A stretch of 64,000 nt of DNA from Eledone cirrhosa (taxonomy: Eukaryota), in the NCBI GenBank assembly GCA_964016885.1, contig OZ024754.1, positions 41,044,001-41,108,000 of the forward strand, written 5' to 3'. The first letter of the stretch is position 1. Each line of letters begins with the position of its first letter. Below are positions 51,276 to 64,000 of this stretch, piece after piece. The position numbers and the translations under genes are program-made. The notes below the pieces were generated by a model, which was given only the letters and a program-made list of their open reading frames with translations, was not told the origin of the DNA and did not search any database.

Positions 51276-51740
51276 AAGGAATTGTGGCAAGGAACCAGAT
51301 GGACCATAACGCACCAGAGTACTCAATACTTAGGGTAGTAGAGTGGGAAATAGGAAAAAGTATGACCCCAACGGCAGAGCTCAAGCCGTTTCGACGGCTA
51401 TTTCTGGACTGAAATAGCCGTCGAAACGGCTTGATCTCTGCCGTCGGGGTCATAGTTTTTCCTCTCTCTCTCTCTCCCTCTCTCTCTCTCTATATATATG
51501 TAACACAGTCTTTTGTACTGATAATTATAATAAATTACTCTATTTTGAGCTGTTTTTAACTTCTCCACTATATTTCTAATTTTTTAAGTATTGTTTTTGT
51601 AAAAAACGATATCTACTTCATATATATGACCCTCTCCAAGTATAACAATAATTCATATATATATATATATATATATGAAGTATTTCCGTAGAAAAGGCAA
51701 CGGAAGGAAGTGTGCTCTATGTATAGTACAGAGCTATAAT

Positions 51741-51774
<34 letters not shown>

Positions 51775-52067
51775 TGAAACATAATTAACAATAAATAATT
51801 CTAGATCTGGCCAACTGGCACGGCTCCTTTTAGAAATAGCAGCGAAATATTCCTCGAATATTCCACTATGAATCAGAAAAAAATGTAAATTCAATTATGT
51901 CATCCTAACCACCCCTAAAAATGACAAGTGGCTACGTCAGGAATGTCTTTCTACACAATTGTTGACCTAACTTAATAAGTACAAAATGTAAAATGAAATT
52001 TAATTAAATGTCTAATTTCTCTCTCTGACTTTGCGGTTGGCTTTAAAAGGGGCAGGTCTTATGAAAG

Positions 52068-52136
52068 TGACGTCATCTGGAAGAATTCGGGGAAAAATAC
52101 GAGATTTCGATTTCAATCAAGTAAAATCTCGCGAGA
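52068..52136. promoter_or_regulatory. DCAF5 promoter motifs: CRE TGACGTCA (52068-52075) and TCTCGCGAGA palindrome (52127-52136)
   Basis: Perfect CpG-containing palindromes 150-220 bp upstream of the ATG in otherwise CpG-poor DNA. Confidence 0.65.
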
Positions 52137-52290
52137 AGGGAGTAGCCATGTTTGTGAGGTTGTTTAACCAAAACAAGTCATCTGTGTAAGCAATGAGATG
52201 TCTATGTTTATTTGTCACTGATGTTTTTTTTCTACATCAACCTATACCTCCCCACCTTGCTCTTTACCGTAGCAGTTAATTAAAAGAGTT

Positions 52291-52699
52291 ATGTCTAACA
52301 ACATGCGGAGAATTTGCAAGGCTACACCTCAAAATAGCTCCATTTCCAGCCATAGTCAGAGTGATTTTAATAAATCTTCTACAAGAATTGGTACCACTAG
52401 TGGGCACCATAACAACACTCGTATTGCTACAGCAACAACTGCCAACAACACCTCTATATTTTCATCACATTCTTCATCTACTGTATCTTTAAGTCCGAAA
52501 AGACAAGCAACAGAGACACTTTTCTCACCTCTACCTTATTTAACCCACCGCGCTACCTATGGCCATTCTCTACAGAGAAAGTTTATCAAAGATCGCCTAT
52601 ATTTTGCTAACAATCTCTACCATAAAGATCTCAAAGCTCACTATGGATGTGTTAATGCCATCGAGTTCTCCAACAACGGCGGAGAATGGATTGTGTCCG
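52291..52699 (+). CDS. DCAF5: DCAF5 (WDR22) exon 1; gene continues beyond window
   Basis: NLYHKDLKAHYGCVNAIEFSNNGGEWIVSG matches DCAF5 NLYKKDLLGHFGCVNAIEFSNNGGQWLVSG; G/gtgagt donor. Confidence 0.92.
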
Positions 52700-52721
52700 G
52701 TGAGTTAAACAAATCTTTATG

Positions 52722-52764
<43 letters not shown>

Positions 52765-53087
52765 ATATATATATATATATATATATGTATATGTATATAT
52801 ATATTATATATATATATATAATTAATTCTACTCTTGTCTGGGAGAAATAGCCCAGCTTTTTGCCCAACGTTGTTATTTAGTGAGGCAGAACGAGTATACG
52901 CACGTGCACACACACACACCTATATATATATATATATGTATATATATATAGGTATATATATAGGTATATATAGGTGTGTGTGTGTGTAAGGCTGGTGGCC
53001 CCGTCGTTACTCAAGAGTTTCTCTCTCGACGCGATCATTCCTCGGACAACAAAAAGGGGTCATTTTTGTTGTGTATGTATGTATGTA

Positions 53088-53144
<57 letters not shown>

Positions 53145-53347
53145 AATAATAAATATATATATATATATATACATACACACGCACATACATACATAATCAT
53201 TGTTATTTTACGTCCACTTTCCATGTTGGCATGGGCTGGACTGGTTGTTTACGGTCCTAGTCAGTTTATTATTCGGAGTTAGAGCTGTCCTAGACATGTC
53301 GCCACAACTACACAGCTCCCCCCTCTCTCTCTCTCTCATATATATAA

Positions 53348-53421
<74 letters not shown>

Positions 53422-53518
53422 TTATATATATATAAGGTAAGTTATTCCAGGTTGAATCGGAGGTAACCACAGTAAGTAAGGTACTCAATACATAGAGTAT
53501 AAAAGTTTTAATATAGAT

Positions 53519-53571
53519 GAGATTCTACAGGACTAGAACTGTTTCATTCTTTAGAAATCATCAGGAATCTC
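53519..53571 (-). ncRNA. Type I hammerhead motif (family B) within a palindrome 53502-53633
   Basis: gagattc-CTGATGA-tttctaaagaat-GAAACAG-ttctagtc-CTGTA-gaatctc. Confidence 0.7.
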
Positions 53572-53732
53572 TGATGATTTCTAAAGAAAGAAACAGTTCT
53601 AGTCCTGTAGAATCTCATCTATATTAAAACTTTATATATATAAAAACTACAACTCCACTATCCGGGAGCTTCCAACAGAAATGGTCGCATTCTTTAAGGG
53701 TATGTCAATATTTATACAACTGATCTATATTA

Positions 53733-53797
53733 TATTTTATCTGATGAAAGCACACCATAATTTAACTTGGTGTCCTTGAAATATGTATAATGAAATA
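53733..53797 (+). ncRNA. Type I hammerhead motif (family D)
   Basis: tattttat-CTGATGA-aagcacacca..tggtgtcctt-GAA-ATAtgTAT-A-atgaaata; AUA site. Confidence 0.6.
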
Positions 53798-53926
53798 AAT
53801 ATGGTTTTATAAATATAGTTTCCATTTGTTAATATCGTATTTTTACTCCAAATATTTGTTGAGTGCTTTATATCAGTTATAAAAATATTTGCTTGTTGTA
53901 TCCCAACAATTTAAATAGAACTTTTA

Positions 53927-55018
53927 CATATATATATATATATATGTGTGTATATATATATATATGTGTGTGTATATATATGTGTGTGTGTATATATATA
54001 TATATATGTGTGTGTATATATATGTGTGTGTGTATATATATATATATGTGTGTGTGTATATATATGTGTGTGTGTATATATATATATGTGTGTGTGTATA
54101 TATATATATATGTGTGTGTATATATATATATATATGTGTGTGTATATATATATATATGTGTGTGTATATATATATATATGTGTGTGTATATATATATATA
54201 TATGTGTGTGTATATATATATATATGTGTGTATATATATATATGTGTGTGTGTATATATATATATATGTGTATATATATATATATATGTGTATATATATA
54301 TATATGTGTATATATATATATGTGTATATATATATATATGTGTATATATATATATATGTGTATATATATATATATGTGTATATATATATATGTGTATATA
54401 TATATATGTGTATATATATATATATGTGTATATATATATATATGTGTATATATATATATATGTGTATATATATATATATGTGTATATATATATATATGTG
54501 TATATATATATATATATATGTGTATATATATATATATATATGTGTATATATATATATATATATGTGTATATATATATATATATGTGTATATATATATATA
54601 TGTGTATATATATATATATATGTGTATGTATATATATATATATGTGTATGTATATATATATATATGTGTATGTATATATATATATATGTGTATGTATATA
54701 TATATATATGTGTATGTATATATATATATATGTGTATGTATATATATATATATGTGTATGTATATATATATATATGTGTATGTATATATATATATATGTG
54801 TATGTATATATATATATATGTGTATATATATATATATGTGTATGTATATATATATATATGTGTATATATATATATATGTGTATATATATATATATGTGTA
54901 TATATATATATATGTGTATATATATATATATATATGTGTATATATATATATATGTGTATATATATATATATATATATGTGTATATATATATATATATATG
55001 TGTATATATATATATATA

Positions 55019-55067
<49 letters not shown>

Positions 55068-55182
55068 ATATATATATATATATATATGTGTATATATATA
55101 TATATATATATGTGTATATATATATATATATGTGTATATATATGTGTATATATATATATATATATATGTGTATATATATATA

Positions 55183-55213
<31 letters not shown>

Positions 55214-55548
55214 GTGTATATATATATATATATGTGTATATATATATATATATATATGTGTATATATATATATATATATATGTGTATATATATATATATG
55301 TGTATATATATATGTGTATATATATGTGTATATATATATGTGTATATATATATGTGTATATATATGTGTATATATATGTGTATATATATATGTGTATATA
55401 TATGTATATATATATGTGTATATATATATATATGTGTATATATATATATGTGTATATATATATGTGTATATATATATATATGTGTATATATATATATGTG
55501 TATATATATATATGTGTATATATATATATATATATATGTGTATATATA

Positions 55549-55593
<45 letters not shown>

Positions 55594-55618
55594 GTGTATA
55601 TATGTGTATATATATATA

Positions 55619-55663
<45 letters not shown>

Positions 55664-55726
55664 GTGTATATATGTGTATATATATATATATATGTGTATA
55701 TATATATGTGTGTGTGTATATATATA

Positions 55727-55757
<31 letters not shown>

Positions 55758-56945
55758 TATATAGAGAGAGAGGGGGGGGGGGTAACTATACAATAATGTG
55801 CAGCCCCTGTTTTGTTCCTCCATAAGTCTTAATAATGCATTTTTTCGCCCCTTTTAATTGAATTTTGCAGAGATACGATTTCTTAGATATAGATTAAGAT
55901 CACATAGATGACATTATATATACAGGATGTCCCTCAAAAATGTATACTCACTTCAACAGCATTCAAATAAAAGTGTATATACATTTTTGGGGAACACCCT
56001 GTATATACATATATATATATATATATATATGTCGAAACGTCCTGAGCTCAGCCGTCGGGGTCCCGAATGTTTTCATATATATATATACATATATATATAT
56101 GTATATGTATATGTATATATATATATGTATATATAGAGTGTTCTTGACTTCATGTCTAATATAAACTTTCACTTTCGCGTGAAAGTATGTATATTATATA
56201 TATGTAATATACATACATACACGCGAAAGTATGTATATTATATATATATATATGTAATATACATACGAAAGTATGTATATTATATATATATATATGTAAT
56301 ATACATACGAAAGTATGTATATTATATATATATATATGTAATATACATACACGCGAAAGTATGTATATTATATATATATATATAATGTACATACATACAC
56401 ACGAAAGTATGTATATTATATATATATATATGTAATATACATACACGCGAAAGTATGTATATTATATATATATATATGTAATATACATACGAAAGTATGT
56501 ATATTATATATATATATATGTAATATACATACGAAAGTATGTATATTATATATATATATATGTAATATACATACACGCGAAAGTATGTATATTATATATA
56601 TATATATGTAATATACATACATACGAAAGTATGTATATTATATATATATATAATGTACATACATACACACGAAAGTATGTATATTATATATATATATATA
56701 TATATAATGTACATACATACACACGAAAGTATGTATATTATATATATGTAATATACATACATACGAAAGTATGTATATTATATATATATGTAATATACAT
56801 ACATACACACGAAAGTATGTATATTATATATATATATATACAGGGTGTCCTCCAAAAATGTGTACACCCTTTGATTACCTGTACAGACAATATTTATTAG
56901 AATGCTGTTGAAGTGTGTATACATTTTTGGAGGACACCCTGAATA

Positions 56946-56978
<33 letters not shown>

Positions 56979-57123
56979 ATGTGTGTGTATATATAAATGT
57001 GTGTGTATATATATAAATGTGTGTGTATATATAAATGTGTGTATCTATGTATATATGTGTATGTATATAAATGTGTATGTATGTATATGAGTGAGTATGT
57101 GTGTACGTATATATATGTGTATG

Positions 57124-57158
<35 letters not shown>

Positions 57159-57163
57159 GTGTG

Positions 57164-57205
<42 letters not shown>

Positions 57206-57599
57206 GTGTATGTATATGTATGTATATATGTGTGTATGTATATATATATGTTTATGTATGTATATATGTGTGTGTATGTATATATATATGTTTATGTATG
57301 TATATATGTGTGTGTATGTATGTATATATATATTGTATGTATGTATATATATATATATTGTATGTATGTATATATATATATATTGTATGTATGTATATAT
57401 ATATATATATTGTATGTATATATATATGTGTATGTATGTATATATATGTTTATGTATGTATATATATTGTATGTATATATATATATATATTGTATGTATA
57501 TATATATGTGTATGTATGTATATATATATGTGTATGTATGTATATATATATGTGTATGTATGTATATATATATGTTTATGTATGTATATATGTGTATGT

Positions 57600-57630
<31 letters not shown>

Positions 57631-59568
57631 TATGTATGTATATATATATATATATATATGTGTATGTATGTATGTATAAATATATATATGTGTATGTATG
57701 TATGTATGTATATATGTGTATGTATGTATGTATATATGTGTATGTATGTATATATATATATTGTGTATGTATGTATATATGTATATATTGTATGTATGTA
57801 TATATGTATATATTGTATGTATGTATATATATATATATATTGTATGTATGTATATATATATATATATATTGTATGTATGTATATATATATATATATTGTA
57901 TGTATGTATATATATATATATATTGTATGTATGTATATATATATATATTGTATGTATGTATATATATATATATTGTATGTATGTATATATATATATATTG
58001 TATGTATGTATATATATATATACTGTATGTATATATATTGTATGTATGTATGTATATATATATATTGTATGGATGTATATATATATTGTGTATGTATGGA
58101 TGTATATATATATGTGTATATATGTATATATATATATATGTGTATATATGTATATATATATATATGTGTATATATGTATATATATATATATGTGTATATA
58201 TGTATATATATATATGTGTATATATGTATATATATATATGTGTATATATGTATATATATATATATGTGTATATATGTATATATATATATATGTGTATATA
58301 TGTATATATATATATATGTGTATATATGTATATATATATATATGTGTATATATGTATATATATATATATGTGTATATATGTATATATATATATATGTGTA
58401 TATATGTATATATATATATATGTGTATATATGTATATATATATATATGTGTATATATGTATATATATATATATGTGTATATATGTATATATATATATATG
58501 TGTATATATGTATATATATATATATGTGTATATATGTATATATATATATATGTGTATATATGTATATATATATATGTGTATATATGTATATATATATATG
58601 TGTATATATGTATATATATATATATGTGTATATATGTATATATATATATATGTGTATATATGTATATATATATATATGTGTATATATGTATATATATATA
58701 TATGTGTATATATGTATATATATATATATGTGTATATATGTATATATATATATATGTGTATATATGTATATATATATGTGTATATATGTATATATATATG
58801 TGTATATATGTATATATATATGTGTATATATGTATATATATATGTGTATATATGTATATATATATGTGTATATATGTATATATATATGTGTATATATGTA
58901 TATATATATGTGTATATATGTATATATATATGTGTATATATGTATATATATATGTGTATATATGTATATATATATGTGTATATATGTATATATATATGTG
59001 TGTATATATGTATATATATATGTGTATATATGTATATATATGTGTATATATGTATATATATATGTGTATATATGTATATATATATGTGTATATATGTATA
59101 TATATATGTGTATATATGTATATATATATGTGTATATATGTATATATATATGTGTATATATGTATATATATATATATGTGTATATATGTATATATATATA
59201 TATGTGTATATATGTATATATGTGTATATATGTATGTGTATATATGTATATATATATATATGTGTATATATGTATGTGTATATATGTATATATATATATA
59301 TATATATGTGTATATATATATATGTGTATATATGTATATATATGTGTATATATGTATGTGTATATATGTATATGTGTATATATGTATATATATGTGTATA
59401 TATGTATGTGTATATATGTATATATGTATATATATATATATATATGTGTATATATGTATATATATATATATGTATATATATATATGTGTGTATATATGTG
59501 TATATATATATATGTATATATATATGTGTGTATATATGTATATATATATATATGTATATATATATATG

Positions 59569-59607
<39 letters not shown>

Positions 59608-60447
59608 GTGTATATATGTATATATATGTATATATGTATATATATATATATGTGTATATATGTATATATATATGTGTATATATGTATATATATATATATG
59701 TGTATATATGTATATATATGTATATATATATATATGTATATGTATATATATATATAAGATAGACGGTAGTCACGGAATAGGCAGACCTAGAAAAACCTGG
59801 GACGAGCTGATAAACTCCGACATCACACACTTACACCTCTCCAAGACAATGTCACTGGACCGAGACCTTTGGCGGTACTCAGTAACAGAGAAGACCCGCC
59901 TTACCTAAATATATAGTAAAACCTACTCCAGCCAGTAGGCATCTCTAACAAAATACACCCCGTCCCACCACCACCACCCCCACCCGATCCACACCACCCC
60001 GTTCTATGTAAAGTTATGTTGGTGCCGCGCCATCCAGGCCGAAACAAATGAGATCGTGTAGGTGTCACGACAAAAAAACACACAGTCCACGCTGTAATGT
60101 GGCCGTGTAGGCAACACGGTAAAAACCTCCCAGACCCACACTGTAAATGTGGTTGGTGTTAGGAAGGGCATCCAACTGTAGAAAACCTGCCAGACAGTCC
60201 TATGCGAGCAAGACAATCACTCTTGCCTCAAGTGGGACTACCCCCGTCCAAACCCATGCAAGCATGGAACACGGACGTTAAACGTTGATGATGATGATGA
60301 TGATATGTGTATATATGTATATATATATGTGTATATATGTATATATATATATATACTCTTGCCTCAAGTGGGACTACCCCCGTCCAAACCCATGCAAGCG
60401 TGGAACACGGACGTTAAACGTTGATGATGATATATATATATATTGTG

Positions 60448-60493
<46 letters not shown>

Positions 60494-60778
60494 GTGTATG
60501 TATGTATATACCTATGTGTATGTATGTATATACATATGTGTATGTATGTATATACGTGTGTATGTATATACATGTGTATATGTATGTATATATATATTGT
60601 GTATGTATGTGGATATATATATATATTGTGTATGTATATACATATATATTGTGTATGTATATACATATATATTGTGTGTATGTATATACATATATATTGT
60701 GTGTATGTATATACATATATATTGTTTGTATATACATGTATATTGTGTATGTATATATAAATATATATATATATTGTG

Positions 60779-60818
<40 letters not shown>

Positions 60819-60840
60819 GTATGTATATATATATATATAT

Positions 60841-60914
<74 letters not shown>

Positions 60915-60988
60915 TGTGTGTATATATATATATATATATTGTGTGTATATATATATATATATATATATTGTGTGTGTATATATATATA

Positions 60989-61020
<32 letters not shown>

Positions 61021-61078
61021 TGTGTGTGTGTATATATATATATATATATTGTGTGTGTGTGTATGTATATATATATTG

Positions 61079-61116
<38 letters not shown>

Positions 61117-61140
61117 GTATGTATATATATATATTGTGTG

Positions 61141-61171
<31 letters not shown>

Positions 61172-61422
61172 TGTGTATGCATATATATATATATATTGTG
61201 TATGCATATATATATATATATATTGTGTATGCCTATATATATATATATTGTGTATGCCTATATATATATATTGTGTATGCATATATATATATATATTGTG
61301 TATGCATATATATATATATATATATTGTGTATGCATATATATATATATATATATATATTGTGTATGCATATATATATATATATATATTGTGTATGCATAT
61401 ATATATATATATATTTTGTGTA

Positions 61423-61464
<42 letters not shown>

Positions 61465-61625
61465 GTATGCATATATATATATATATGTGTATGCATATAT
61501 ATATATATATATATGTGTATGCATATATATATATATATATATGTGTATGCATATATATATATATATATATATATGTGTGTATGCATATATATATATATAT
61601 ATATGTGTATGCATATATATATATA

Positions 61626-61658
<33 letters not shown>

Positions 61659-64000
61659 GTATGCATATATATATATATGTGTATGCATATATATATATAT
61701 ATATGTATGCATATATATATATATATATATGTATGCATATATATATATTTATATATATGTATGCATATATATATATTTATATATATGTATGCATATATAT
61801 ATATTTATATATATGTATGCATATATATATATTTATATATGTGTATGCATATATATATATATATATGTGTATGCATATATATATATTTATATATGTGTAT
61901 GCATATATATATATTTATATATGTGTATGCATATATATATATTTATATATGTGTATGCATATATATATATTTATATATGTGTATGCATATATATATATAT
62001 ATATATGTGTATGCATATATATATATATATATATATGTGTATGCATATATATATATATATATATATGTGTATGCATATATATATATATATATATATGTGT
62101 ATGCATATATATATATATATGCATACACATATATATATATATATATATGCATACATATATATATATATATATGCATACACATATATATATACATATGCAT
62201 ATATATATATATATATATGTGTATGCATATATATATATATATATATGTGTATGCATATATATATATATATATATGTGTATGCATATATATATATATATAT
62301 TTATATATGTGTATGCATATATATATATGTGTGTATGCATATATATATATATGTGTGTATGCATATATATATATATGTGTGTATGCATATATATATATGT
62401 GTGTATGCATATATATATATGTGTGTATGCATATATATATATGTGTGTGTATGCATATATATATATATGTGTGTATGCATATATATATATATGTGTGTAT
62501 GCATATATATATATGTGTGTATGCATATATATATATATGTGTATGCATATATATATATATGTGTGTATGCATATATATATATATATATATATATATGTGT
62601 ATGCATATATATATATATCCTATGTACTGTACATGCACTTTTTTGATGGGTTGTGGTGCACCTGGGCACTGTGCACAATATTTCATTATTGTTATTGTTA
62701 TTATATCATGACTCATACACTGTTTATTTTCCTGACATTTGTACATTATTCTATGTACTATACATGCACCTTTGATGAGTTGTAGTGCACCTGAGCACTG
62801 TACACAATAATTTCATTATTATATGTGTATGCATATATATATATATATATGTGTATGCATATATATATATATATATGTGTATGCATATATATATATATAT
62901 ATGTGTATGCATATATATATATATATATATGTGTATGCATATATATATATATATATGTGTATGCATATATATATATATATATGTGTATGCATATATATAT
63001 ATATATATATGTGTATGCATATATATATATATATATGTGTATGCATACATATATATATATATGTGTATGCATATATATATATATATATATATATATGTGT
63101 ATGCATATATATATATATATATATGTGTATGCATATATATATATATGTGTATGCATATATATATATATGTGTATGCATATATATATATATATGTGTATGC
63201 ATATATATATATATGTGTGTATGCATATATATATATATGTGTGTATGCATATATATATATATATGTGTGTATGCATATATATATATATATGTGTATGCAT
63301 ATATATATATATGTGTGTATGCATATATATATATATGTGTGTATGCATATATATATATATATGTGTGTATGCATATATATATATATATGTGTATGCATAT
63401 ATATATATATATATGTGTATGCATATATATATATATATATATGTGTATGCATATATATATATATATATGTGTATGCATATATATATATATATGTGTATGC
63501 ATATATATATATATATGTGTATGCATATATATATATATATATATGTGTATGCATATATATATATATATATGTGTATGCATATATATATATATATATGTGT
63601 ATGCATATATATATATATATATATGTGTATGCATATATATATATATATATATGTGTATGCATATATATATATATATATATGTGTATGCATATATATATAT
63701 ATATATGTGTATGCATATATATATATATATATGTGTATGCATATATATATATATATATATATGTGTATGCATATATATATGTGTGTATGTATATATATAT
63801 ATGTGTATGTATATGTGTGTATGTATATATATATATGTGTGTATGTATATATATATATATATGTGTGTATGTATATATATATATATGTGTGTATGTATAT
63901 ATATATGTGTATGTATATATATATATATATGTGTATGTATATATATATATATATATGTGTATGTATATATATATATATGTGTATGTATATATATATATGT
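53927..64000. repeat. Multi-kb compound (TA)n-based microsatellites in DCAF5 intron 1, with embedded SINE/RTE/CR1 fragments
   Basis: TATG/TGTA/TGCATA variants; RTE fragment 59757-59908, SINE tail 60050-60430. Confidence 0.93.
55923..56001. mobile_element. Tiny Tc1/mariner-type MITE
   Basis: ta-CAGGATGTCCCTCAAAAATGTATA ... TATACATTTTTGGGGAACACCCTG-ta; sister copy at 56841-56941. Confidence 0.7.

Noticed and set aside
53863-63772. Very long Ile/Tyr/Cys/Val ORFs
   Set aside because: Dinucleotide repeats lacking stop codons in most frames.

Overview
Eukaryotic, AT-rich, intron- and microsatellite-rich animal DNA. The SINE/RTE repertoire and (TA)n/(CAT)n load suggest an octopus/cephalopod genome (inference). 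Most ORFs in the track are repeat artefacts. Manual splicing gives five genes: the 3' end of BABAM2/BRE (+, to 5168), complete IQUB (-, 13 coding exons, about 1340 aa, with a large 9-aa-repeat N-terminal extension), RRP15 (-, 5 coding exons, 293 aa), DCAF4 (+, 6 exons, 597 aa, first intron a U12-type AT-AC intron) and exon 1 of DCAF5 (+). The most striking structure is a non-coding 469-bp tandem array (about 3.7 copies plus an inverted copy) in an IQUB intron. Each full unit carries a minimal type I hammerhead ribozyme, a retrozyme / non-autonomous Penelope-like architecture. At least three further hammerhead-like families and several fold-back palindromes are dispersed in the introns. Also present: Tc1/mariner and piggyBac-type MITEs, tRNA-derived SINEs, RTE/CR1 fragments and many mini/microsatellites. 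Gene names rest on recalled homologous sequences and folds on manual pairing; nothing was computed or searched.
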